Shown here: one piece after another, positions 49,761 to 63,714 of the stretch
How positions within the stretch are numbered: position 1 is the first letter of the stretch
Layout of the letters: each line of letters starts with the position of its first letter
Assembly (NCBI RefSeq): GCF_947568905.1
Contig: NC_079173.1
Location: 38,564,001-38,628,000, forward strand
Length of the DNA stretch: 64,000 nt
Direction of reading: 5' to 3'
DNA from: Ostrea edulis
Lineage: Eukaryota
Notes under the pieces: model-generated
Told to the model about the DNA's origin: nothing
What the model saw: only the letters and a program-made list of their open reading frames with translations
Databases searched by the model: none
Position numbers and translations under genes: made by a program

Positions 49761-50381
49761 GTACAATTATTTTTTCTTTGATTTAATCCTTGTCAAGAAT
49801 TTTTGAGAAGCTAAATCGATCTCCCTTCTCTTTGAAAAAATGATACACGCCGATTCTGATGCAAAGTGCATTTCCTCGAGTTTTCTTTGAATTTTCACAG
49901 TTGATAATGCAAATATTCTGGACTTCACTATAGAATTTCTGAAAGGATAAAACAGCTTCTTTCTACTTTTACGCACGCATTCTTTTTTCATGTTTGTCTC
50001 TCTGTCAAAGTTGACCCTTTCCTTTTGGTGTTCCGAATGACAATGCACAGACAAAAGATTGAACGGCAAACAAACGGTGATTGCATGGTGAGTGCACCGT
50101 AAATACTTTCTGAACGTTGAACGCGAGCAGTTGGTGAACAGTGACCGCAAAAGTGTGAACGGTGAGCGCATGATGAACACATGATGAGCGCACAAAAAGA
50201 GGTTGAACGTATCAGGGAATGTAAAACTGTTCGTTAGCGATTTGTTTGTTTCCTCAAACGGTTCATTCCTGCATAGGAATTCGGACCTCATTTACCATTT
50301 TCGAGTCATTATATTTCAACACAGGGTTCGGTTGGAAATCAAGAAGGCAATTCGAATTTCTTAATGAAAAGAACAAAATGT

Positions 50382-50775
50382 AAAACTTATACAGTACCAC
50401 TTTTGATGCAGCAGATGAACATTTCGACAAATTATGTTAGTGATGCTCAACCGAAATGTTTGAAATCCGAAATAATAATGAAGTTTTAGAGCTATTATAG
50501 GCAAAACCAGTGTGCTAAATTCGTTGAAGGATAAGAGATATGCGTTAGGGAGATAATCCTTAATTTGGAAATGAATTTCTAAATTTTATAAAAGCAAATA
50601 AATATACATCTGTATTTTCAAGCTAGTAACAAAATACTTAGCTACTGGACTGTTGAGGCCCTCGGGGACTAACAGTCCACCAGCAGAGGCCTCGACCCAG
50701 GGGTCATAATGTAATACTTATCCGGTGCCAATTTTGATGCACCAGATGCACATTTCGACAAATTATGTCTCTTCA
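50382..50775 (-). mobile_element. Retrozyme-like repeat, copy 3 (about 1.2 monomers, period 331 bp)
   Basis: TTTTGATGC at 50401 and 50732; second hammerhead remnant 50739-50775 with a perfect GACA/TGTC stem II. Confidence 0.75.
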
Positions 50776-51054
50776 AAACTAATGTGTATTTGAGAGTTTT
50801 TATTCATGTTCGGATAGCTAAGGAATTTCGAAACTAGCAAAATTTCAAATTACATGCTCAGTCTGAAATTGTTTTAAAAATAATTATTTTTTATGAAATT
50901 GTTGAAACAAATGAAATGCATTATTGATTTGTTATAAGATCAACTACTGTTGTCTTGAAGTGTGGATGTGAATTGAGAAACTATGGATTGCTAGAGCAAC
51001 GGTGCACTCCCATACGCATCAGTGGACACGGACTATATTTATCCGGTGTAATTA

Positions 51055-53365
51055 CAGACCCTGAAGAGTGCTATTACACCTCCAAATCGTTTCGTTTCGT
51101 TAGGCACAAACCATTCACCGTTCCGTACAGACAGTTCAGCGTACTGTGCAAATCGTTCACCGTTCCGTGCAAACCGTTCACCGTTTCGTGCAAATCGTTT
51201 ATTGCAAGAATCGTTCCGTGCAGGATCAAGCCACGCCCATAGAAACGTGCAGATCGTTCAAACCACGCCCTTAGAAACATACAGATCGTGCAAGTCATTT
51301 CAGAATGGGATGTAGGACAGGTAGACATTGTAGGGAAATTTGACCAATTATTTCAAAATGTCTCTATGACAGTAAAAATCTGCAAATAATCGAGAGAAAA
51401 CAAATTATTATAAAACCACCAGGCAGAGCAAATCCAACACCATTTTCTCACATTTATTCAAGATCTGTCTTTGAAAAGAGGCCTGGAATTACATATTGCA
51501 CAAGTGTTTCAACGGCACTCAGATTGAATGAACAAAACTAGCGAAGCAGACGAGACTTTTTCAATGAATTTAATAAAGCAATGAATACATAAAGTTGAAT
51601 ATATCAATATTCCATGACGATACAATTTGTGCATCTTCTCCCTGTATTTCCGAAGTTAAAAAATATTCATTTCCTTTTATCCCAACGTGTTCGAAAGTTA
51701 TTAAAAATATTCCTTGTTTAACTAACACCAGGATGGAACAAATAATGCCGATAAAAAATCAGAGCGTGCATGTCATGCCTAGCATTTTGTGCAGACCGTT
51801 CACAACCCTCTCCCCGCCCAAAAATATTTCAATTTTTCCTGATGAGAAATTTCCTTAAATAATTTTATCCGTTTTCATTCACGTACAAATGTATATAAAA
51901 TGTACAGTATAGGTTTATTCAACATCTGTCTTTGCGAAGAGGCCTGGAATTTGCAAATGTATTTTAAAGACACCCAAAAGAAATGCACAAAAATAGCGAA
52001 ACAGACGATATCATTTCATATTCAGTTTCAATGAATTAAATAGAGCAATGAACAAATAAAAGTTGATTAATCAATACGCGGGTATGTTAAGGCAGGTCAT
52101 GCTTCATTTATGCACGTAAACTTCACAATTTTTAAATTATGTCTTACATAGAGAGAGGGAGCTACTAACTCTTAAAAACTATTTTTGTTATAGATAGATC
52201 ATGGGGGTACCTTAATAGAAAATGTAAAAGTAACACATTATCCGAAGATTCAAATATTGGTCTAACTGGCGATAATGACGGTAAAATACCCATAGTATAT
52301 CAGAATTACTGATAGAATCCTACCACTCTCAATAAGAAATAATTATTGAACATTTAAACACGAAACCATCTAGCTCATGTTTTACAATTTGCATGATGCT
52401 ATGTAGTTTTCTTTAAAAGCTTTCTTAACAGAGGATTCTATCAGTAATTGCCGTGTACATTAGTTTATGACCTTTTAAACGGTGTATAAAAAATCTCTAA
52501 AAGTATGCGGGCTAATGTGCTACTTTTGCAGTTTTATTTCAGTCTGTGACAGAGGAAAATCGGATCGACATGCAAAATGGAATGTTTTCTCCGTTAAACA
52601 AAGTTGTCAATGAATGATATCAACATACCTTCTTAATATCAATAAATCCTTAGCTTTTCACATACATATTCCATATATCCCATGCCATATATTTCAAATA
52701 CTCCATATTTTGTCGATATTTGCATGGCACACATAACAAATTCCTTGCATGTGTCAACGTCACTCGATGTATAGTCATGCTGTCATCAGTTTACTTTCAT
52801 ATCGATCAGACAGAAATTACACAACAGCAGTATAGCATTTTGAATTTCTTTGGATCTTAGTAGCTGCATGGTTTATTTTATGCATAAATAAAACTTATAT
52901 AAAAAATAAAATCGGAATTTAACATATACTTAGTGATATACTTATTTCAATTATGACGTCACATTGTTTCGCGGATTTTATCCCAGTAAAAAAATTCATA
53001 ACCTGCCTTAACGTACGCGCGTATTCCGTGAAGATATAATTTTTGCATACTTTTCTATTTCCGAAATTAAAAAAGAATGCATTTGTTTTCATTCCAAGGT
53101 GTTCAGAATTTATTGATCTAATAAGCAAAAATGAAATTTACCGCGTCGTACATAAGCAATCATTTAAAACAAATCATTATCATTTCTTTCTCAATCTTTT
53201 TTTAATATCTAGAATACTGCAGTTATATTGAAACTATTTGAACCAGATAATATCGAGAAAAAAATCAAAGCGTGCAGGCCACGCATACTGTTCCGTGCAG
53301 ATCGTTCAGCGTTTCGTGCAAAGCGTTCACCGTGCAAGTGGTGTAGTAGTACGCTTCGGGGTCTG
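51055..53365. mobile_element. TA-flanked TIR DNA transposon (Tc1/mariner-like ends), non-autonomous, 2311 bp
   Basis: TA|CAGACCCTGAAGAGTGCTATTACACC ... GGTGTAGTAGTACGCTTCGGGGTCTG|TA, 22/26 TIR identity; a related right end lies at ~55549-55577. Confidence 0.7.
52091..53007. mobile_element. Kolobok-like MITE nested in the TIR element
   Basis: TTAA|GGCAGGTCATG ... CATAACCTGCC|TTAA (10/11 TIR, perfect TTAA TSD, GG/CC termini). Confidence 0.75.
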
Positions 53366-56300
53366 TAGCTTCCTTGTCAAAACAGGACTTACTTGAGTAT
53401 CGATTGGAGACCAAACATACATGTATTCTCAATTAATTTAGCACAGATGTTTAAACAATGCTGTGCGTACCTCCCTACTAAGCAGAATAGTGTGTCATGT
53501 TTGTAAATGTTATTTTTTATTTCAAAATACCAATAGCATTCAATTTTCAATTTAAAGTGGTGAATGGGGAGAGTATTCAATTTTGAATAAACGACTGGTG
53601 TCATGATATGTGCACAATCGTTGCATGCATTGTGCATTGGTCCATTAATAAATATTGACTATAATCCATTTAATAGGAACATCTTCAAAAAAGCGTAAAT
53701 TTGAAATTTACACATCAAACAATGCCAACAACATGATGAGGGCTACTTCTTTTAGATGATTTATAACTAGCTAAAACACTCGCTGTTACAAAATCTCACA
53801 TACTTTAATATTCCAAATGCAATAAATCGTCAATGAAAATGTCATATTTCTATAAATTGTCGCTAGTTCCAACCTTTTCCATTAGACTTACGAGATTGTG
53901 ATTATATGTACCAACATTTTTAAAGAAATGAATGAGTGATAAATACATTTTAACACAGTTTACTGAACTTACAAGTACGAACCACTACTTGAATCATAAA
54001 GAAATAAATTAAAACATCTAGAAACTGAATTATTTTTATAATATATACGCAATGATATTACTGATATTTATTTTAGAATTGTGTCAAGAAACTACTGGCC
54101 CTTTTTAGTTATACGGTGACAATTGTATCACAATCAGGCCTGCGATGACCCCCATGGATGTATGAATAATGGTATATAAGTAACTGTTTGAGCTTTGTCA
54201 AGGATATATATGTATAACTGTAATTCATGTTTCAATTCATTTTCATCAGAATTTTCCACCTTAGAATGGCAACATTTTCAAATAATTTATTTAGTGAACC
54301 GTTAATGACGTCTGGGTTTGTTTTTTTTTGGGGGGGGGGGGGGCGCCTTTTTCTTTTTATAACACTTTATCTTTATCATTGGGTAAAATGCTGTCTGACG
54401 TGTTTCATACCAATTATTAGACCGTTCTTGGCACACTGATTTTGACTACGGATAACTCCGTTTACCTGATCAGGATGTAGGGCTCACGGTGGGTGTGACC
54501 ATTCCACAGAGGATGTTTACTCCTCCTCATTTTTACAAGCCAAGTGTCCAATTCCCTTACTCTCATCTACCCCTTGGTGTATTTAGTTGCGACTGAATCT
54601 CGAGAGTTATCCTTCTTGACGAAAACAAAATCTAACCAATCAGATAAGGCATTTCATTTTTGGTTGCATGTGTACGTTTACAAAATGGAGTTGACAGATG
54701 AAAACAATAAAATTGTTTATTAATTATCTGTGCACACTTGATGGACGTCTATGCCATTTTTGTGCTTAAGGCGTAAATCACGTATCAAAACAATTCATTC
54801 AAATTTCAGCGTTTCTACTTTCGTTTTGATATTGTATTCATTGTATCCGAGTTTATTCAGTTCATTCCAGCACAAACCCTCCTTTATCGTCATTTGGGTG
54901 AGGTATATTATCGATTATCTCTAAAAGTTGATTGTAAACCCCAAAAAATTTCTCCGAAAATCCCCCGTCTTTGTTTTTTTTTTTTTTAGACAAAATGTCA
55001 TTGCAAAGGGAAGAGCATGGGCTAGACATGGGGGCCGCCATTTCTTAAATCAAACTGGTTCTATGGCACGATTTGATTGGATGCCTTGGAAAGCCAAAGT
55101 GCGATATTTTGAAGTCTTAGAAATGCGACTAAATTCGCCAAAGGGGAGATGAGAGTAAACGGATTAGACACTTGGTTTGCGAAGATGACTCCTCCTAGGC
55201 ACCTGACCCCACCTCTGGTTTGCTCAGGGGTCCGTTTTTGCACACCTATCTATTTTGTATTGCTTATAGGAATTATGGGATCGATCACTGTCCGATATAT
55301 TTACCCTTCGTTTAAAAAGAGCGGAAATAATTCGAAAGACAGAATTTGACATCGAGGCTAAACTGTTCTTTCCTATTTTGACCTAAAGCGTTCCGCTCTC
55401 GATCAAAAAATGTTCGCTTTCCACCTTAAAGTGTTTCGTTCTTGATTCAATTCTGGTCGACAACCGTTTCGTTAAAATCGTTCAGTGTTCGTTCCCTAAA
55501 CAAAACCATTCCTTCTCAAACCGCTTATCGTTCCTTCACTGTCACACTGGTGTAGTACTACGCTTCAGGTTCTGTACCAAGTGTTATTAATGATCAAGTA
55601 TTTCCTATTCTACAAATATTTATCATTGCATCAGAAAGATTTTACTTCAACACATATCAGCATTTCACTACTACATTACTAATGTAAGTGTATGCAACAT
55701 TAGTTTGTTTTTATCATTTGTTGGAAATTATATCCAAAGTATTTGTATTTATGCACTATTATGCAACAATGTAAGACCAAATCAAATCATGGATCGTAAT
55801 GTATCAATAGAGGAATCCAACCAAAAGACACAGATTGATCAGCATGTTTTTGACATATGTAATAGTGAAAGTTTCCTCGAAAGACATCTGGATTGTGTAA
55901 TGTATTTAAGAGGTAGGGTACCATGAATTGCACTTCGTTAAAAGGATGCATCGGGTTTTCAAAGTTCCAGTTTAAAAAGACAACATGAAGGCTATTTGTA
56001 AATATCAATACAGTTAATGTGTCTAAATTGTTAAAAATCTGTATTCCATAGGCAGTTATACACACATGTCACTACCACCAAAGATACTGGGAAAATTTTC
56101 TTTATTGTTTTACGTGAAACATTAAGACTTACATTCGGTCAGGACCATTATATAGGTTAACGGTCAACATATCATGCTTACTCCTGTTAGGCATCTGACC
56201 CCACCTATATAGTTTTCAAGGGCTAGTCCTTGCTGTGTTTTCGATTATGATGTACTTTCTTATGTATATAAGTCACTTTGCAAATCCTGCTACTCTTCGA

Positions 56301-57394
56301 GATAACCATTATTCAATGTTTATTCCAATAACAAATTCTAACGAATAATAACCTGTTCAATTATATACCAAATTGTATTTCATCAATACAAATCGTCCGC
56401 TTGAATTGCGAAGCTCCATGTAATGATCGATAAAATAGAAGTTTTAGACTGTTGTATTCAGAAGCATATGTCTTTCACAGAAAGTGTACAATGTATCTGT
56501 ATCAGGTCTTCGTTTCATTTGACTTGTGTATGAATGGTGCAGATAACGGATAGTGATGAATTTCATAAATTTCCAAAATAACAAAACCAATAGGAGGGCA
56601 AACGCGGACCCTTTGACAAAACAGAAGGAATAAGCATCCCCTGCTCACTGGTCACATCCGCCATGCGCACTCTGCTTTTAATAGGTATAAGGAGAGATTT
56701 GTAGTTAAAGTCAGTATGTAAAGAATATCCTAACATCTGGTAAAAACACGTCAGACCTAGTGAAAAATCATTTTTGCAAATCAGATCATTATCAAGATGA
56801 TAACATTTTTGAAACGCTGAAGTGAAAGAAGACAGTTCAACCCCTTGTCATTTGTTAAAAGATGCTGAAGTACGTCATTGACAATATTCATGTAATTTTT
56901 CAACTCAACATTTAGATCGATATCCAGGAGTCCATGTTTTCTCAACTCTCTATTCTGTATTTGCTTAGAGGAATTGTAAAATTGATCACTGTTCGTTATC
57001 TTTACCTTTCATCGACGACGTTTCATTTATCTAAGGTTGAGGAATAATCTCAAGATTCCTGGAAATTCTACAAAACTAAGAAGAGGGCAAACACGGATCC
57101 GGACACGAACCCGGACACATATATTTATAGTTCCAAAATTCCAAATTTAATGTAACACATGCATGCTTTCTCCTAAGGCCTATGTTTGATTTAAGAATAT
57201 ATATATGTTTTAATTTTAGTATATTCGTGAAGGGTCAACGCCCTGTAGTTGTAAAATAACGTGGATATGAATTGATAGATATAGTAGTCTGTGAAATTAT
57301 AAAGAAAGGAATGTATAATGTAAATGTGATAAGCGACCGGAAAACAGGGCGTATTGAGTTTTTTCGTCACACTGGAATTTTAATATTCTTTGAA

Positions 57395-57600
57395 TGTTTT
57401 TGTTTTATTCCGCCACACTCAACTGTTTTTCAGTTATCTGGTGGAGCCCAGTTTTTATTGGTTGAAGAGGGAACTCAGATACAATGTACCAGTCAAGAGA
57501 CCACCGACCTTCCGAAAGTAAACTGTGAAACTTTCTCACTTACCGGCGTGAGCGGGATTCGTAACCGCGCCGACCAAAGGTGATAGGCCGTATGACAGAT
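57395..57600 (-). mobile_element. tRNA-derived SINE remnant
   Basis: Minus-strand B-box-like GGTTACGAATCCC (57554-57566), GGTCGGTGGTCTC..CAACCAATAAAAACTG core and GTGGCGGAATAAAAC tail. Confidence 0.6.
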
Positions 57601-58584
57601 TGATGGTGATTTTAGCGTATTTCGACGACTTTCTTCATCACATAAAAGTGGTATTTTACTAAATCTTATTCCTACTGATTGTTTGCTCTGGTTTAGGGTG
57701 TTGATAAAACGTGAAATGGTAAACGGAATTGAACGAAAAAGAAAACCAAGATGCAATGGGGAAAATGTAAATAGAACGATTTTTTACTATCATAACTACG
57801 CATGGGTCTTGCAGCATTGAATGAATGTAGTAATGAAATACAATTCATACATTTAATCACAACCAGCCTTGATTTAAGAACACTAGTTAATGTGAATGAT
57901 AATTATTTCCTGTTTTATCAGCAAATGCAGTTGACTCACGGATATCACTACCCTCTCGACTACCTTCTTCAATTTTCAGGTTAAAATTATTGAGGATAAA
58001 CAGTTGATAACATATATTATGCCTTCTACTGTCGAAATGTGTAATCTATATTCTTCAGGGATGTGATTTTTCATCTTTTAAGAAGAAATCCTTCGATTGG
58101 TTCAATTTTTCGAAAGAAATAAAACACCAAAAACGAAATACTGGGTTTGCTCAAGAGTGACAGAAAATATTTTTCCAGGTAGCGTGGGGGTGGTTTCCTC
58201 CCTTTTGACCAATTTCCTCTGATTTCTGAAAAATTCAGTCACATCCCTTAGTTACCATTCGCAGTACTCGATAACGCACCCCCCTTCCAAAAAAAAAAAA
58301 GAAATGGAAGAAAAACAAAAACGTTATGATTGAAAAAAAGTAATATCTATGAAAAGGTGAAAAAGTAATCAATTTGAATTAATTTACATCCTTAGAAATT
58401 CAGAAATTTAGCATTAAACTTTTTTTTTACACAGCATCTCTGAACTAGTATTAGTTGTGAAACGAATTTCTTAATCGATATAAAATAAATGAAGTTTATT
58501 TAATGTACAGTGCATGTTAACTGGATCAACAGCTCTATTTGTTGATACGTTGAATTCAAAGCTTTATACGTGTAACTCGCTTCA

Positions 58585-59366
58585 GGTAGCTCATTACACT
58601 ATTTTTTTTTTTTTACTGGCTCGTTAAAACACCTCTTATGAAGTATGATTTCGCCATCGAAAAAGTGATACAAGTTTTCAAGTATTTTATATGATTTTTT
58701 AAGTCTACCAAAAACATGTCAATATAAAAATAGATATATCAGAGAAATTGATTTTGAAAAGAAATTGAAATAAAATGGTCAAAATTCAGAATTATTACGA
58801 TTTTTCTAATTTGAACCACGCCCGATTGGAATTATAAAAAAGTAGAAAAAAGAACATTGTAATCAGAAAATTACCAACAATATGATTATTTTAGTCATTT
58901 CTATCAATTTTGATCGGGGTCGGTATTTTTCTCTCCATTTTGAATATGGTGATTATGTCTAAAATGTGGTCATTTCGTTTCAATTTCTTTTTATTCTGAG
59001 AATTCTTCGATATATCTCTTTTTCTAACTGACAATTTTTTTTTTCCGGAAGATTTATCCGTAGATTTAAGAATAATGTTAGCAAATACCGTTTTCAATTT
59101 TCATATATATTTTTTTTCTAAAAAAGATTAGGTCGTTTATATCTGAATATTTTAGGCATATTTTAGTAGTTCGTTATCTTCACCTTTCATACACAAAATC
59201 ACAACGAAATTTAGACTCAAGAATCTCTTATTTGCAAGCAAAACACCATTTTTATCATTCCGGAAAAAATCACAAATAATTGCATCACTCTTTCGATGGT
59301 GAAATCATACTTCAATGGAAGTGTATTAACGATCCATTAGATAAATTTTTAGTGTAATAAGCTACC
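58585..59366. mobile_element. Kolobok-like element with long imperfect TIRs
   Basis: TTCA|GGTAGCTCATTACACT ... AGTGTAATAAGCTACC|TTAA; pairing extends ~90 bp (GAAGTATGATTTCGCCATCGAAA / TTTCGATGGTGAAATCATACTTC). Confidence 0.7.
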
Positions 59367-59990
59367 TTAATTCAGTATAAATATTTTAATCCCTCGTGAT
59401 CATGTATTAAACTGACTGTTCATATTACAAATGCATACACATCAATGAAACTATTGAAATATAACAATTTAAACGGGTAATAGAAACATGCATGTCTTAT
59501 TCTTTCATTGCTATTGAGGAAGGGACGGTTGTGTGGGGGTGTTCATTTTTTTTTTCAATTTCGAATACAAGATTAGTTCAAATGTTTATAAATGTATGTC
59601 CCCTCCCTCCTTTGCACTGACAATTACCGCTTTTCCTGTAATTGAGTCAATAAAACATAGAGGAAGGACATCAATTCGCAAGGATAATCAACTTTTCTGT
59701 ACCACGGCTTTCCTCCTCTCGTTGTATCCATTGTCGGCATGCGACGTCAAAATTTGTGGGAACGAACGGTTAATGTTTGTACTATGGAGATTTAAACCAT
59801 CTAAAACAAAACCTACACAGACATGGGTATGGGCTTTTGTAATTTTGTTTTCAAAAGTGGATTCATTTACAATTGTCAATTTTTCGAATGAGCCGATATG
59901 TTTGATAACTACGCTGTGTAACGAAAAAAAAAATCCAGCATAGCTATACTGTATTCTTTTAATTTCATGGTTTGTTTAACAACCAAGCCC

Positions 59991-60961
59991 AACAAGAGAC
60001 CCATGGGCCACATCGCTCACCTGAGTCACCTTGGTATATATCTGAAGATTTTCCATATGTATTTGCATATGTATTTGCATGCAAAACCTTAGTCCCTATT
60101 ATGACCCGAACCTGCCCCTGGAGGCCATGGTTTTTGCAAACTTGAATCTTCACTATATCAGAAAGCTTTCATGTAAATGTCAGCTTCTTTGTCCCAATGG
60201 TTATTGAGAAGAAGAGTTTTAGGGATTTTCCCAATATTTGTATGTAAAACTTTGATCCCCCCTTGTGGCCCCATCGTAAACCCGGGACCATGATTTTGAC
60301 AAACTTGAATCTGAACTATGTCAGGAAGCTTTCATGTTAAACTCAGCTTTTCTGGCTTAGTGGTTCTTAAGAAGAATATTTTTAAAAAATTACCCATATA
60401 TATATATCTGTATGCAAAACGTAGACACCCACCTTGTGGCCCCATCCTACACCCGGGGGGAGGGGGGAGGGGCTTGATTTGAACAAACTTGGATCTGCAC
60501 TATGTCAGAAAGCTTCCATTTAAATATTAGTTTTTCTGTCTCAGTGCTTCTTGAGAAGATTTTTAAAATTGTTAATATATATTTTTATGTAAGACTTTGA
60601 TCCCCTATTGTGACCCCATCTTACCTCCAGGGGGCATGATTTTAACAAACTTGAATCTACCCTATATCAGGAAGCTTTCATGTAAATTTCAGCTCTTCGG
60701 GCCCAGTGGTTCTTGAGAAGAAGCTTTTTTAAATGACCCCCACAATATTTTTGCATTTTTTTTTATTATCTCCCCTTTGAAAGGGATATGGCCCTTCCTT
60801 TGAACAAACGCGAAAGCCCTTTACCCAAGGCTGCTTTTGGCTACGTTTGGTTGAAATTGGCCCAGTGGTGCTGGAGAAGTCGAAAATGAAAAAAACGTTT
60901 ACAGACAGACGAACAGACAGACAGACGGACGGACGGACGGGCAGACGACGGACAACAGGAT

Positions 60962-61004
<43 letters not shown>
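59991..61004 (+). mobile_element. CvA/pearl-type HINE (Helentron-associated) with Cg170-like core repeats
   Basis: 5' AACAAGAG..GCTCACCTGAG; four 162-184-bp core units (AAACTTG at 60138, 60301, 60485, 60647); ACAG/ACGG microsatellite 60901-60950; 3' palindrome AAAGCTCA/TGAGCTTT and subTIR CTCAGGTGAGC. Confidence 0.85.
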
Positions 61005-61005
<1 letters not shown>

Positions 61006-62700
61006 TCACAGGATATATAATAAGGTATATGTAGAAATTAGTGTGAATTTATTGTTTTTAATTTCAAGGATCCCATATAAATTTCTTTAAACATATTTTT
61101 TCCCGTAAATTCTATTATTGATGAATTACGCAGCAATTCGTTTAGTTTGTTCTTTTTCATTCCTTCATTCAATATGGGCAATAAAAACTTCTTTGTGAAT
61201 GCAATATCTTTTATTCAGACTTTGACAAAGGTGACGGGATGCATTTATTTATCATTCCTAAATGCTTGTGACATTCATATATCAGACAAAATTAAGTTCA
61301 TGAGTGAGTTTCACCAGATATTGTGTCCGGTCCATCGTGAAATCGATTGGCCTAACCAATCATCAATATTTTAGTAATGTTCGTGACTTTACCAGCACTT
61401 TCAACGTATATAACAGTGAACTCTGTCGTTATTTCCATACATGATATATCATATCGCAAAAGACAACATCATAATGACAGATTGCAGTAAAACGACTATC
61501 GATGTCCGCAATAAGTCGTGAGAGTTATATTTAAATTTTCAAAAAATGGTCAATTTATTTTTCATATTTCAATTATTATTCAGCTATGATTAGATTGAAT
61601 AGCATGTTCTAAAGTAGGTTATAACGCGTTTGCAAATTCACAAAATATGCACGGAAATCATTACCGCTGCTCTTTCTTGACTTAACACAATCACAATGCA
61701 TGTAGTTTTCTCGATATTCTCGTATAAATAGTAAAATACTATCCTCTTGCACGGAAACACATGCAACAAAAGCAATGATCTTATTGATATTTATAAAATA
61801 TGTACGTAAATTTGTAGATAATGCCATGCTGGTTAGAACAAAAATCGAACTCATTACATTTCATTCCATCTTCCGCACCGCGTTTAAACATCACCCGTTA
61901 AATTGCTACTTTCGTATTCGACAAAGCCGACCAAACAAAATACACAACTTATATATTCTAAGATTTGTGAAGATATTTCTTCTGCACTTAAGTCATGCAA
62001 TAACTGTGCATACGAGGTCCTTGTCAAAAGTCCATGAAACAGGAATGCTGCTTGTATACACACGGCTTTTTATCTCGCTACATTGTGCATTACAGCAATC
62101 CATTCTTTACTGATACAAATCTTTGCATATACGTTTTGTTAAAGTTTGATTACTTTATATCACTTTTAAAATTCTACTTTAAAAATTACAAAGGGCGATG
62201 TAATCAGTTTTATACCAAACAAAACACAGAACACAGCTTGATGTTGCACACAATTAACAACGTCAACAAATAAACAACGTGATGTCTAATATTTCTTTTA
62301 ACGTCATTTTCTCGATGATGACGTAAAACTCAACAAGCCTGATTTTGTCGTGGTGGCTTATAAATGTAGGAGAGAAAATTTAACATATATGAGGGTATGA
62401 ACTGTGACGCTTCGCACCTTCATGTGCCAAATATATTACATGATCATACAAATAACGTATACGGATTATATAAAACCATCATCAATTGATAGAAATCGTG
62501 GAATGAAGTGAATTAATCCCAACATAGTGCGTTGGTCTAAAATGCATGTCTTGAAATACAAGACGTTAACCTTTTCACAATAATTGTTTAGCATTATGTA
62601 GAATAACATAATTCATATAGCTTTATAGTTGAATACATGTAGTACCTATATATAGCTATTCATGAGTGTTATAACTTCGAATATGCTTAGAATAACTTAC

Positions 62701-62882
62701 AGGAAACAGGTGTCCGTGGGGATGTTAGTCGGTACTCCGGTCAGTCCTCTACTGTCACAATCTACGTAAGTTCCATCACAGAGATACCTTTCCTTACTAC
62801 AACTACACTGGTCAGGACAGGCATCCGTTCCTTGGCTGTTTAGCACAGAGAGCACTACCAACGCCCAAACCACCAGCTGCAT
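62701..62882 (-). CDS. Exon 1 of a secreted or membrane leucine-rich-repeat protein (signal peptide plus LRRNT cap)
   Basis: MQLVVWALVVLSVLNSQG signal peptide; CPDQCSC...VDCDSRGLTGVPTNIPTDT LRRNT pattern; ends CT|GTAAGT, a phase-2 donor typical of LRR genes. Confidence 0.85.
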
Positions 62883-63334
62883 CGTTACTATGTGGTGAAT
62901 AACGTTGTCTCTCTATTCTCATAAAAGTCTAGCTACTCAGCATGTCTTCATTGTTAGTGCAAGAGCTAAATATTTCCTTATTCTAACGCAGGGACCTTGC
63001 GCACGTCATATGTATACAGACATATTTTTCTACAATAAACATAAACATTGAGTATCTGGATCTGTGACTTATGATCATTAATGTAGGGGTAGATATTGAT
63101 CACTGAAAACTATAGGGTAGAGGAATCAAGCCAGTATTTATCATTCTTGTTAAATGAGATCAGCTCAACCACATAAAATTATTTTGATTATATGTTTGTT
63201 AATCTGAAGTGTTGATGTCAAGTGTTGCTATTAAACGTACACTAGTGTGTGTTTTCCGGAGTTGACTTTCTCTCATAAAAAAACTTTCAAGATTTAACAA
63301 AAGCGGTTACTTGTATCTTTCATTTGCATTTGCA

Positions 63335-63379
<45 letters not shown>

Positions 63380-63714
63380 CTTTAAACACTTTGTTGAAAT
63401 ATTTATATATATATATAAGCACTGAAAAGGCCACGACACTGTTGGTTATTTAAAACTCAAGTTTCCGACGCAACCCACGTCTTTTTCAAGAGACATATAT
63501 TACAACGCAAAAACTACAAGTATCGATAAACTACATTGGTGACAAGAGTGATACACTCTTGTACTGAGTGATAAAAATGGTTGTGGTTTCGTTGTAAAGC
63601 GTGTTTACAGGACTTATGAAAAAAATGACAAATGTTCTTTTGTCAATATTTGTGAAAAAAAATTATCCCCCAAAAAATTAGTTTTAGAATAACGACTGGT
63701 AAGAGAGCGTGAAA

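Noticed and set aside
49767-50291. 174-aa minus-strand ORF
   Set aside because: No motif; it overlaps low-complexity GAACG/CACCGTTCA-type repeats of a non-autonomous element.
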